In this document: positions 29,311 through 37,940 of the stretch, piece by piece
Numbering within the stretch: the stretch's first letter is position 1
Layout: the number at the start of each line of letters is the position of its first letter
NCBI GenBank assembly: GCA_050012855.1
Contig: JBEKGJ010000019.1
Span: 837-64,836 of the forward strand
DNA from: Verrucomicrobiota bacterium
Lineage (GTDB): Bacteria; Verrucomicrobiota; Verrucomicrobiia; Limisphaerales; J093
Length of the DNA: 64,000 bases
Direction of reading: 5' to 3'
Position numbers and translations under genes: made by a program
Notes under the pieces: generated by a model
Told to the model about the DNA's origin: nothing
The model's database searches: none
The model's input: only the letters and a program-made list of their open reading frames with translations

Positions 29311-29484
29311 CCCGCCGTCAACAACGGCCCGACAGCCGGTCGAGCCCTCCGGCAAGCCCGAGGCATCGTCCGCCAGACGATGGGTGCCTTCTTCAATCGC
29401 ATGGACGACGTCCACCCCGCGCCGCCGCAATTGCTCGGCGATCGCCAGCGGGACGTGGACGTCAAGGTAAAGCGGGACAGGCAT
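29307..29484 (-). pseudogene. DUF5615 (Mut7-C/PIN-like) toxin remnant, frameshifted and truncated
   Basis: MPVPLYLDVHVPLAIAEQLRRRGVDVVHAIEEGTHRLADDA matches DUF5615 N-termini. After about 29370 the plausible continuation (...ARPAVGPLLTAG-stop at 29307) is in another frame. Less than half of a normal-length protein remains. Confidence 0.45.
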
Positions 29485-29809
29485 GACGACGCTTCAAGGC
29501 GCGGAGCCGTTCCATCCCGGGCGAGGTGGGCGTGTTCCGGGCCAACCGTTCGCTCTCCCGCCACTCCAGGTCGTTCTCCTCGTCAATCTCCGCCGGGTGA
29601 TCGAAGTAGCAGGCCAGCGCGGCGTGGATTTCGGCCAGGGTCAGGTAGGGGTGCTGCCGCTGAATCTCGTCGGGCGACCAGCCGTGGCCCACGTAGTCCA
29701 TGACGATCTGGGCCACCCGGGTACGCGGGTGGCTCTCCAATCGGGCCGGTTCTCCGGCGGCCTTCACGATGTGCGGATAAACGGTCGCCGCAACCAGGGC
29801 GGGTGTCAA
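29462..29809 (-). CDS. DUF433-domain antitoxin-like protein (115 aa)
   Basis: RVAQIVMDYVGHGWSPDEIQRQHPYLTLAEIHAALACYFDHPAEID is the typical DUF433 HTH core. Overlaps the start of the DUF5615 remnant by 23 nt. Confidence 0.7.
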   Translation of the reverse strand: MTPALVAATVYPHIVKAAGEPARLESHPRTRVAQIVMDYVGHGWSPDEIQRQHPYLTLAEIHAALACYFDHPAEIDEENDLEWRESERLARNTPTSPGMERLRALKRRHACPALP

Positions 29810-29968
29810 CGCGCGCTATTCGTATTCGACGCGAATCCGGTAGAAACGAGCCGGGCTGTTCGCCGCGCTGTCAGTGAGAGTGATCGTGCCACCTGTGCCC
29901 GGCAATGTCTGAACGGCGCTCCAATTCGCACGAGATTCGCGAAGACAAGGCTGCGCGTGACGTCGCCT

Positions 29969-30053
29969 GTCCGTGAACGCAGCCCGGCCGATAGCAGGAT
30001 GCCAGAATCAAGACCTGAGTCGTCTAAAGCACGATACTACGGACCCCTTCACC
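29969..30053 (+). repeat. about 100-nt interspersed repeat, copy 1 (partial; other copies 42204-42304 on + and 46448-46547 on -)
   Basis: GTCCGTGAACGCAGCCCGGCCGATAGCAGGATGCCAGAATCAAGACCTGAGTCGTCTAAAGCACGATACTACGGACCCCTTCACC, aligned by eye to the other two copies. Confidence 0.85.
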
Positions 30054-30218
30054 ACTCTGAATGATTCGATTACCGACTCAGCCGGGCTGGCGCGCGCCCT
30101 GCCGGCGGGCGGGCGAACGAAGCGCTGCGGGCAGGGTTGGGATTGGATCCGAACTTCGCCAGGTGCAGCAGCAGGCTTCCGGATTTCTCAACGGTGTGAA
30201 TGGTGAGGACTGAGAGTC

Positions 30219-30277
30219 GCCGGGGCCACCGCATGACGGCGCCTCGCATTGTCAATTGTAAGAACCCCTTCAAGGAC
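30219..30277 (+). repeat. about 65-70-bp repeat, copy b (partner 2488-2557)
   Basis: GCCGGGGCCACCGCATGACGGCGCCTCGCATTGTCAATTGTAAGAACCCCTTCAAGGAC. Confidence 0.8.
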
Positions 30278-30344
30278 GCCCTTGTACCAGCATCGAAAGT
30301 GTTCAAGGTGGGTGGACACGTGTAGTTTGGGCTAACGCTCTGCG

Positions 30345-30980
30345 TCAGGCGCGCGGGGCACCTGGGCCAGGATAAACAGGAAGGCGCGACCCCGCGTCGC
30401 CTGCACGCAGTTGTTGGGCGGCCGCCCAATCCGAGCGCAGCAAAGCGTAGATGTAGAAGTCGTGTGGTTGCCCACGACACACACGATAACTCCGCAGACA
30501 GCCCTCACGCACAAACCCGCTGCGTTCAAGCAAGCGCTCCGACCGCCTGTTGTCGACCCTGACGAAGGCGTGTATGCGATTGACGTGGTCCTGTCGGTAA
30601 GTCCACTGAAGTACCGCGGCCACGGCTTGGCCCATCAGCCCCTTGCCCCAGTGAGCTTGCGCTAGGTCGAACGCCAGCTCCGCCCAGCAGTGTACCTTGG
30701 ACCACTCGTTAAAGCCGCAGGTGCCGACAAGCTGATCATCCTGTTGGAGAGCGACCCCCCATTTGGACAGCTCACCCGCCGCCCAACGGCTCAGAGCCCG
30801 CTCGATGATTGCCTCGACCATCGGTACCGATGCAACGGGATAGCTGGTCAATTCTGTAACGACGGGATCCCGCAGGTAGGCGTACAGCGCGGCAGCGTCG
30901 GCCACCCGGAGCGGGCGCAGGCGCGCTCCGTCGAGGTCAATCGTTGGCGGATGTTGTGTCTTGTCTGCCATGAGTCTCAC
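30345..30980 (-). CDS. GNAT-family N-acetyltransferase (RimJ/RimL-like, 211 aa)
   Basis: LRPLRVADAAALYAYLRDP..., GTCGFNEW..., AELAFDLAQAHWGKGLMGQAVAAVLQWTY..., RIHAFVRVDNRRSERLLERSGFVREG. Confidence 0.85.
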   Translation of the reverse strand: MRLMADKTQHPPTIDLDGARLRPLRVADAAALYAYLRDPVVTELTSYPVASVPMVEAIIERALSRWAAGELSKWGVALQQDDQLVGTCGFNEWSKVHCWAELAFDLAQAHWGKGLMGQAVAAVLQWTYRQDHVNRIHAFVRVDNRRSERLLERSGFVREGCLRSYRVCRGQPHDFYIYALLRSDWAAAQQLRAGDAGSRLPVYPGPGAPRA

Positions 30981-31126
30981 TGCCTCGCTCCGTCATGTCC
31001 GCCCAACGAAAAAAGCTGAGCCACCGCCGACTCGCGACGCGAACCGCGATAGCGGAACTGACCGCGCCAACGGCGGTTGGCTCCGGCGACTTGTTAGGCG
31101 AATGAATAATTTCTCATAAACAACAA

Positions 31127-31390
31127 TCATTGCTTCTTTCTTGCCATCCAATGCAAAGCCAGAGCCGTCACAAGAAATAGAAATACCAGCACAATCCTCA
31201 AGGTCATAAAAAACACCAGCGCTAGTCTTCCCAACTCCTTTTCATCCACTTTGAAAAAAGAAGACACCCAAGACACCCAAGTGTTCCAAAATGCGTAGGT
31301 GAGGAAAACATAAAACAGGGCGAATGCAACGCCGATGATAAATGCCCGGAATAAGAAGTTCCGAAAGAATATGATTTTGTCGTGTTCCAT
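31127..31390 (-). CDS. small hypothetical membrane protein (87 aa)
   Basis: Low-GC ORF with three hydrophobic segments (FIIGVAFALFYVFLTYAF, LALVFFMTLRIVLVFLFLVTALAL). No family recognised. Confidence 0.55.
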   Translation of the reverse strand: MEHDKIIFFRNFLFRAFIIGVAFALFYVFLTYAFWNTWVSWVSSFFKVDEKELGRLALVFFMTLRIVLVFLFLVTALALHWMARKKQ

Positions 31391-31628
31391 ACGTTTACAT
31401 TTGGGCTTTGGCTGGATTTGTCAACCTCACAAGCGCGCTCAGTCGCCTAACGTGCAAATATAGGACATCCGGCGTTATTCATCCGGGGGCAAGGCGGGCG
31501 CAGCGAACCCACCGCCGCCGAAAGGAGCGGTGGAGCGCACGAGGCGCTGCCGAAATGCCGCCCGGCTCTGAACGTGGAAGCGGGGCGGCGGTTCGACTCC
31601 ACCGCCTTGTTGGACACCATTTCCATCA

Positions 31629-32159
31629 TTAGCGGAATAGTTTGTGGGTATTTATCACCATCAGCATGCAAACGGTGCTGCCGAGTATCCAGCCGTTAAT
31701 AGCGATGAAACCAAATTTGAGCGTGAGGCTGCCTTTCCAAACTAGCGCAAGCAAGATTGAGCAAACGATGATCGCGGCAGTATATTTTCCAAATTCCAGC
31801 GATGCGGATATTCCTGCTTCGTCCTGAGCCGCAAACCCCCCGAGGGTCAATGCGAACAAACGCGAAAAGAGGGGGAAGAACAGGAAGGGAAAAGCAAAGA
31901 CTGTCCTACGCTTTTCAACGAAGATGAAGGCAATCAAGGCCATCAGGATCGAAAAAGCGGGGCCTCCGATTCCGACGGCAGGCGAGTGCCATTCCTGATG
32001 ATAGCCGCCACTGGTCGGCCAAGTGCCGTCCAAGCTCATGCTCATCTGATTGCCAAGGATTGTCCCCACGAGCCAGTGGCCGAACTCGTGAAACAGGTTG
32101 TGAGCATAGGCCGCAACGAGGAGCAAGAGCCCAAGTAGTGCAATGCGCTTTCGATCCAT
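31629..32159 (-). CDS. putative membrane zincin peptidase (HExxH, DUF3267-like, about 176 aa)
   Basis: LLLLVAAYAHNLFHEFGHWLVG carries an HEFGH (HExxH) motif at the end of TM1. Four to five further TM helices. Low GC. The track ORF extends to 32234; the ATG at 32159 (MDRKRIALL) is preferred. Confidence 0.6.
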   Translation of the reverse strand: MDRKRIALLGLLLLVAAYAHNLFHEFGHWLVGTILGNQMSMSLDGTWPTSGGYHQEWHSPAVGIGGPAFSILMALIAFIFVEKRRTVFAFPFLFFPLFSRLFALTLGGFAAQDEAGISASLEFGKYTAAIIVCSILLALVWKGSLTLKFGFIAINGWILGSTVCMLMVINTHKLFR

Positions 32160-32681
32160 CTTTCTCGCAGAAGAAGCATCAGTGTGCATGACTAGCTCGT
32201 CCTTTCTCGAAGGACTTTCTTCTGGCGGGTCCAACAGTATTATTGGGACAAAGCCAGGGGCGAAAGCGGAAGTTGCAGGTCGCTTTTCATGGGATCGAGT
32301 GTATCCGGTTCGGCTTGGCGTAGCAAGCGTAATCTCAAGGGCTTCTGCACGCTGGGTGGCTGCGGTGGACGGCCGTCCGACTTGTGCATATCGCTCCGGG
32401 CCAAGGACAAAGTCAGTTTGTCCTTTGTCGGGGCAATATCACGGTGGCGCGGTGGAGGTACGGGACGGTCTGCGTTTCTGGTTCCGTTTTCAGGGGGCGA
32501 ATGGTGGTCGTTCGTGGTCCAGGGGTGTCGCTCTGCCTCAGCCCCTGGCTAAGTTCTTGCGTCCCTTAAGGATGCTTCTCGCGGCCCGGCGGCCCGCGAG
32601 CCACCTGGACGGCTCGCCGGGCGTCTCGCCCCACCAACGCGGCCTGGCAGTCCGCGAGCCGCCATTCGGGAGGCATGTTGG

Positions 32682-33019
32682 TCAGGTTGCGGCGAGGATG
32701 GCTTCAAGCTTACGAATCAAGTCCGGCAGGTCGCGCTCGATCACCTGCCAGAGTTCGTCGTCATCAATTTGGTCGTAGCCGTGCGTGACGATGCTTCTCA
32801 GGCCGATCATGTCCCGCCAAGGCACTTCCGGATGAACGGCGCGGATTTCCGGCGAAAGCCGGCGGGCGGCCTCTCCCATGACGACCAGTTCGTAAAGGAC
32901 GGCATCCAGCCGCATCGGCACGGCGGCAGCGTCTCGCGGGTGGTGTCGCGGGCATAGGCGATGACTTTGCGCGCGGCACCGAGCAGGTCTTTAAGTGACT
33001 GGCGATCACGATTCGGCAT
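32682..33019 (-). pseudogene. HepT (DUF86, HEPN RNase) toxin gene, frameshifted
   Basis: The N-terminal part MPNRDRQSLKDLLGAARKVIAYARDTTRETL is in one frame (from 33019). The C-terminal part RLDAVLYELVVMGEAARRLSPEIRAVHPEVPWRDMIGLRSIVTHGYDQID, with the R-x4-H motif, is in another. The shift is near 32920-32935. Confidence 0.65.
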
Positions 33020-33290
33020 AAAGCAACTGGGTGTGGGCCAGAATGACGGCCGACCGGCCGTCGCCTCTTTGCAGGGCGCGACGGTTGAGCAAGTCCACCT
33101 CCCGTCCGAGCATGTCCTCCAACTCGTGTTTCATGTGAACGCGGTCGAGCAGGCTCCAGTGCGCTTCGGGAGCATAGCTGGCGATCAAATCCACGTCGCT
33201 GTCAGGACGGAAGTCATCGCACAGGACTGAACCAAAGACCTCCAGCCGGGCAATGGACCACCGCCGGCAGAACCGGGCGATGCCTTCCAA
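33006..33290 (-). CDS. MNT-type nucleotidyltransferase antitoxin (94 aa)
   Basis: LEVFGSVLCDDFRPDSDVDLIASY is the G-S-x(n)-D-x-D minimal nucleotidyltransferase motif. Overlaps the HepT start by 14 nt. Confidence 0.8.
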   Translation of the reverse strand: MEGIARFCRRWSIARLEVFGSVLCDDFRPDSDVDLIASYAPEAHWSLLDRVHMKHELEDMLGREVDLLNRRALQRGDGRSAVILAHTQLLYAES

Positions 33291-33526
33291 GGGCAGATTG
33301 ACCTTCAGATTGGGTGGCGCGGCAATCGTGATTTCGATTTCGTGATGAACTCACGCGCAGTATGACCGGCTTCCCACGGTTCGGCAATCCCCACGAATGC
33401 CCAGCGGCCAAAACCATGCGGGAGGCGGGCGGGCGATCGGAAGTTGGAAAGTGGAAATTGGAAAGCAAAAGGGAGTCGCGGCCCGGTGGTCTGCGAGCCA
33501 CCACAAGAGGGCGCGGACGGGGGACA

Positions 33527-33687
33527 ATGGCGGATGGCCGATGGCGGATGGCGGATGGCGGATGGCGGATGGCGGATGGCGGATGGCGGATGGCGGATGG
33601 CGGATGGCCGATGGCCGATGGCCGATGGCCGATGGCCGATGGCCGATGGCCGATGGCCGATGGCCGATGGCCGATGGCCGATGGCGG
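33527..33687. repeat. heptanucleotide microsatellite, 23 units in two blocks (ATGGCGG and ATGGCCG)
   Basis: Counted directly: 1x ATGGCGG, 1x ATGGCCG, 9x ATGGCGG (33541-33603), 11x ATGGCCG (33604-33680), 1x ATGGCGG. All six frames stay open across it. Confidence 0.97.
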
Positions 33688-33944
33688 CCAGGCCGTTGCA
33701 CAGCATCCGTTCCTGTTTTTGCCCCGGGGAGCAGAGGAACTTCCGGTCGGTGGGCGCGCTGACACCCAAGCCGAGGTGGAACCCGTCGGCAACGCGACCA
33801 AGTTTCTTGTAATGAAAGTCCTCCCAACCTGTCATATAGTTCTGAAGGCCTGCTTGCCCGAAGCGACTTCTTCCCCGGGATGGGGTCGGAAAGGGTGCTC
33901 CGGGCGGCTTGGTCTCAAAAAAAACCGATCAACCCTCAACCTCC

Positions 33945-34649
33945 ATGAAGAAAAGCATCCTGTCCGGTCTCGCCGTCCTGATGACGGGTTCCCTCCTCGC
34001 CGCCGATCTCACGCCCAAGGAGATCGTTACCGCCGCCGCCAAGAAGTTGGGCGCGCAGACGAATTACGCCTGGACCGCCACGGCGGTGGTGCCGGACGAC
34101 GCCCCGTTCAAACCCGGCCCCACGCAGGGCAAGGCCGGGAAGGACGGGCTCGCCACCATCAACCTGCGCTTCTTCGACAATCAGATTCAGGTGGTCCTGA
34201 AAGGCACCAACGCGGCGGCCACGAGCGAGGACGGTTCCTGGAAGACCCTGGCGGAACTCGATCAAGCGGAAGGCCCGGGCCGTTTCATGGGCGGCCTCGT
34301 GCGCGCCATGAAGCGGCCGGCCGACGAAGCGGCTGCGCTCGCCTCGTTCGCCAATGAACTCAAGCTGGAGGGCGACGCGTATGCCAGCGATCTGACCGAG
34401 CAAGGTGCCAAGACGCTCCAGACCTTCAAAATGCCGGGCGGCGAAAGCTCGGTCGTCAATGACGCCAAAGGGTCCGCCAAGTTCTGGATCAAGGACGGGA
34501 TGCTGACCAAGTATGAATTCAAGTTGAAGGGCAAGCTGAAGTTCGGCGATAACGAGTTTCCCAACGACCGCACCACCACGGTCGAAATCAAGGACGTGAA
34601 CAACACCAAGGTGGAAGTGCCCGAAGCCGCGCAGAAGAAGCTGTCGTAA
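33945..34649 (+). CDS. hypothetical secreted protein (234 aa), first gene of the ABC exporter cluster
   Basis: ATG at 33945 with signal peptide MKKSILSGLAVLMTGSLLAA. Beta-rich, Lys-rich sequence. No family recognised with confidence. Confidence 0.65.
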   Translation: MKKSILSGLAVLMTGSLLAADLTPKEIVTAAAKKLGAQTNYAWTATAVVPDDAPFKPGPTQGKAGKDGLATINLRFFDNQIQVVLKGTNAAATSEDGSWKTLAELDQAEGPGRFMGGLVRAMKRPADEAAALASFANELKLEGDAYASDLTEQGAKTLQTFKMPGGESSVVNDAKGSAKFWIKDGMLTKYEFKLKGKLKFGDNEFPNDRTTTVEIKDVNNTKVEVPEAAQKKLS

Positions 34650-34696
34650 GCCCGAACGCGCGCCGGCCCGTCCTGCGCCTGCCGCCACTCCCGTTC

Positions 34697-35431
34697 ATGG
34701 ATCGCGACGTTCTGGTCAAGGCCTGCGGGTTGAGCCGGCGTTACACCGCCGGTGGCGTGGTCGTGCCGGCGCTCGACGGCGTTGACTTCACGGTTTTCCG
34801 TGGCGAGTTCCTCGCCCTGGTCGGACCTTCAGGCTCGGGCAAGTCCACGATGCTCAATCTGATTGGCGCCTTGGACCGGCCCAGCCAGGGCAAACTTTCC
34901 GTGGACGGACTCTCGCTGGGCGAAGCAACGGAGCCGCAATGGGTGCGTCATCGGCGCGAACGGGTGGGCTTCATTTTTCAAAGCTTCAACCTGCTGCCCA
35001 CGCTCAGCGCCGCGGAGAACGTGGAAACTCCGCTGACCCTGGCCGAGGTCGCGCGACCGGAACGCCGGCGTCGGGCGCTGGAATTGCTCGCGTCAGTCGG
35101 GCTCGCCCACCGCGCGCTGCACCGCCCCACCGAACTCTCCGGCGGCGAGAAACAACGGGTGGCCATCGCCCGCGCCCTGGCCAATCGTCCGCCCCTCCTG
35201 CTCGCCGATGAACCCACCGGGAACCTGGATTCCAAGACCGGCGCCCTCATCCTCGACCTGCTTTGCGGCCTGCTCCGCTCGCAGCAGTTGACGATGATCA
35301 TGGTGACGCACGATCTGCAATTGGCGGCCCGGGCCGACCGCATCATTCATCTGCAGGACGGACGAATTCGCCTGGTGGAAAGCCGCGCCGCTGCTCAGGC
35401 GTCCACGGTCGCAGCAGAGCCCGAGATATGA
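34697..35431 (+). CDS. ABC transporter ATP-binding protein (MacB/LolD-like)
   Basis: Walker A GPSGSGKST, signature LSGGEKQRVAIARAL, Walker B LLLADEPTGNLD. Confidence 0.9.
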   Translation: MDRDVLVKACGLSRRYTAGGVVVPALDGVDFTVFRGEFLALVGPSGSGKSTMLNLIGALDRPSQGKLSVDGLSLGEATEPQWVRHRRERVGFIFQSFNLLPTLSAAENVETPLTLAEVARPERRRRALELLASVGLAHRALHRPTELSGGEKQRVAIARALANRPPLLLADEPTGNLDSKTGALILDLLCGLLRSQQLTMIMVTHDLQLAARADRIIHLQDGRIRLVESRAAAQASTVAAEPEI

Positions 35432-36693
35432 CCTTTGCCGATCAAGTGCGCACGGCCTGGTCTAATCTAGGCCGCCGGAAGACGCGAGTGGTGCTGGCCT
35501 CATTGGGGGTCGTGGTCGGTACGGTGACGATCGTGCTGCTGGTGTCGCTGGCTTCGGGCGTACGCCGACAGATCAACCGGCAGTTCGAATCCATCGGGTT
35601 GGATCGGCTCACCGTGCTTCCACCCGGGAACTGGGGCGGCTTTGGTCCCCCTGGCGAGGCCAAACGCAGCAAGCTCATCACGCCAACGGAGATTACCCGT
35701 TGGAAGAGTTGGCCCGGAGTTGCCAAAGCGACGCCTGAAGTGAATCTGCCCGGGTCGGTGAACCTGGAGGTGAAGTGGAAGGACAGAAGCCAGTCCGTGC
35801 GGATGGGCGGCGGCCTGCCCCGGCCGGGGCCAGGACCAGGGATGTTGCCTGGAACTCCGGAACCTGTGGCCGGGACGCTCGATCTTCCCGAGCAGGGCGC
35901 GATCATTTTGAGCCAGGGAACAGCCCAGGCCTTGGGCATCGCCAGCAACGAATGGGCGCACGTCCTGGGGCAGTCCGTGGAAACGGTCCTGCGCACGCCC
36001 CGCGGCGAGACTCAAAGCTTCGCGCTACACATCCAGGGCATCTCCTCGGAGCGATCCTCCGCCGTCCAGGCATCCCCCACCGATTGCCTCGCCATGAAGA
36101 GTTGGTGGTTCAACACCACCAACCTCCTGCAACGCGAAGGCTACGACTCGGTGGCGATCCGGGCCACCGACGTGACCCAGGCCCGGGCGTTGATTCCGCG
36201 GCTGCGGCAGGAAGGGTTTCAGGTGCAGTCAATGGACATGTTCATGGAAGTGGCGAACCGGGTGGTGATCGCCATTACGGTCATGCTCGCGCTGATCGGC
36301 GGCGTGGCGCTGCTCGTGGCCTCCATCGGCATCGCCAACACGATGGTGATGGCCGTTTATGAACGCACCCGTGAAATCGGCATTCTCAAGGCCATGGGCG
36401 CCTCGCGCACCGACATCCGCCGGCTGTTCATGATCGAAGCGGGTTTCATCGGCTTAGCCGGTGGGGTGATCGGGTTGCTGCTGGGTTGGGGATTGGGCCT
36501 GATCCTGAATCAGGGCATCCGCTGGTATCTGCAACATCGCGAGTTGCCGATGCGGGACGGCTTCTTCATCGTGACGCCGCTGCTGGCGTTGGGGGTAACG
36601 TTGTTCGCCGCCGGCATCGGCATCGTGGCGGGGTTGCTCCCGGCGCATCGGGCGGCCACCCTCGATCCGCTGACGGCCCTGCGCCACGAGTGA
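35428..36693 (+). CDS. ABC transporter permease (FtsX/MacB-type, 421 aa)
   Basis: ATG at 35428 overlaps the ATPase stop (ATGA). N-terminal TM, large periplasmic domain, and a C-terminal FtsX-type 3-TM bundle (IGILKAMGASRTDIRRLFMIEAGFIGLAGG). Confidence 0.85.
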   Translation: MTFADQVRTAWSNLGRRKTRVVLASLGVVVGTVTIVLLVSLASGVRRQINRQFESIGLDRLTVLPPGNWGGFGPPGEAKRSKLITPTEITRWKSWPGVAKATPEVNLPGSVNLEVKWKDRSQSVRMGGGLPRPGPGPGMLPGTPEPVAGTLDLPEQGAIILSQGTAQALGIASNEWAHVLGQSVETVLRTPRGETQSFALHIQGISSERSSAVQASPTDCLAMKSWWFNTTNLLQREGYDSVAIRATDVTQARALIPRLRQEGFQVQSMDMFMEVANRVVIAITVMLALIGGVALLVASIGIANTMVMAVYERTREIGILKAMGASRTDIRRLFMIEAGFIGLAGGVIGLLLGWGLGLILNQGIRWYLQHRELPMRDGFFIVTPLLALGVTLFAAGIGIVAGLLPAHRAATLDPLTALRHE

Positions 36694-36747
36694 CTCAACG
36701 TTTGTCCAAAATCCGCGGTTTGAATGAAGTAAAGATGGAAACACTCT

Positions 36748-37295
36748 GTGCCGTCCGATCCGAACCGTTCGAGTGGCGACCAGGCTGCTGCGCAGCAGCA
36801 GTTCCTTTCCCTGTGTTTGCGCGGTGAGCGGGAAGTGTTTCGGTATGTGGCGGCGCTCGTGCCAAATGTGGCGGATGCGGAAGACATCGTGCAGCAGACG
36901 GGGCTGGCGCTGTGGAAGAAATTCGAGGCGTATGATCCGGCCAGGCCGTTCACGCCCTGGGCCTGCCGGTTCGCCCTGAACAAAGCCCGCCAGTGGATCG
37001 AGCGGCGCCAGCGGTGGCAGGCTTTGCTGGCAGGAGGTTTGGCCGAAGAACTGGCGACCCGTCGCGAGGAACTGCGGCCGGAATTCGAGCGCCGTCTGAC
37101 CCACCTGGAAGGCTGCCTGGCCAACTGCCGGCCGACCAGCGGGGGTTGGCTGAAGGCTACTACTATCGGCGCACGAATATCGAGGGACTGGCCCACGCGT
37201 CCGACCGGACCGTGGAGGCCACGTACAAGATGCTGCAGCGCATTCGTCACGTTTTACAGGAGTGCATCGAAAACACCGCGCGTCAGGAGGAGGCC
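36748..37295 (+). pseudogene. ECF-type sigma-70 factor, frameshifted
   Basis: Region 2: DAEDIVQQTGLALWKKFEAYDPARPFTPWACRFALNKA. Region 4: LPADQRGLAEGYYYRRTNIEGLAHASDRTVEATYKMLQRIRHVLQECI. Region 4 is in a different frame, with a 1-nt loss near 37123. Confidence 0.7.
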
Positions 37296-37937
37296 ATCTG
37301 GGCTTCCGGGTGGAGCCTCCCCAATGTGGCCGCCGTTGGCAGCGCCGTGCCGGACGCAACCATCGTGGGCTGCCAGGGAACGGAAGGCCGCTGGCCAGGG
37401 AAACAAGCCCTGGAGTTTCGCAGCGTGAGTGACCGCGTGCGGTTCAATGCGCCGGGGGAGTTTGGCGCGCTGACGCTTTCCGCATGGGTCAATGTCAAAG
37501 GCCTGGACCGGCAGTTCAATTCGCTGTTCATGTGCGACGGTTTTGACCCCGGGAAGATTCACTGGCAGATCCGCAACGAGGGGTGCTGGACCTGGGGGTG
37601 CAAGGGCCGCGCATCAAAGATGTCCAAATCTTCGCCAGCCCGGCAGTGGTTGGATTCAATCAGTTCGGCCAGTGGCTGCATCTGGCCGTTGTGGTGGATG
37701 GCGCGAACGGGCAGGTGGTTCATTATGTCAACGGCGTGGCGGTGAGCCGTCATACGCTTCGACTTCCACCGCCCCACCGGCTCGGACCCGCGGAACTGGG
37801 CAACTGGAATCCGGGTGAGCTTCCGCACAAGCCGCCCTTTCTGATCCGGCATTTCAGCGGGGTGATGGATGAATTTGCGTTGTTCAGCCGGGCGTTAAGC
37901 GGCGCCGAAATCCGCGCGCTCTATTCCGAAGGCAAAC
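37296..37937 (+). pseudogene. LamG-domain (anti-sigma-associated) protein remnant, 5'-deleted and frameshifted
   Basis: Continues in frame from the sigma tail with no stop or anti-sigma TM part. GRWPGKQALEFRSVSDRVRFNAPGEFGALTLSAWVNVKG...FMCDGF; shift near 37585; then LHLAVVVDGANGQVVHYVNGV...GVMDEFALFSRALSGAEIRALYSEGK. Confidence 0.65.
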
Positions 37938-37940
37938 TCC

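Noticed and set aside
29818-29960. Diversity-generating retroelement (template/variable repeat pair), suggested by the two ...TLTDSAANSP... gene-end fragments (also at 46560-46665)
   Set aside because: There is no reverse transcriptase in the window, the differences are not adenine-specific, and both copies are fragments rather than the end of an intact target gene.
30231-30323. Short ORF MTAPRIVNCKNPFKD..., whose first 11 codons resemble MTPPRVVNCKN at the start of track ORF 1892-2539
   Set aside because: The similarity comes from the shared non-coding repeat. A 7-nt indel right after the shared part destroys any common reading frame.
31539-31611. Possible intact tRNA (acceptor ACGAGGC/GCCTTGT plus a GGTTCGACTCC T-loop-like string)
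   Set aside because: No D-arm or anticodon arm can be drawn, the T-stem has a central mismatch, position 8 is not U, and a competing 7-bp hairpin (31557-31563 with 31583-31589) fits better. At most it is a decayed fragment.
31071-31615. Integron gene cassette with attC sites (both direct repeats end in GTTRRRY-like GTTAGGC / GTTGGAC)
   Set aside because: No matching inverse core RYYYAAC, no integron integrase or attI nearby, and the enclosed ORF is on the opposite strand to the putative attC orientation.
33527-33687. Possible CRISPR array
   Set aside because: The units are 7 nt, contiguous and without spacers, and no cas genes are present. This is a microsatellite.
33305-34357. Six overlapping ORFs encoding MADGGWR / HRPSAIG repeat proteins
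   Set aside because: They are open only because a 7-nt microsatellite has no stop codon in any frame. Their flanks have no coding character, and one overlaps the real gene at 33945 out of frame.
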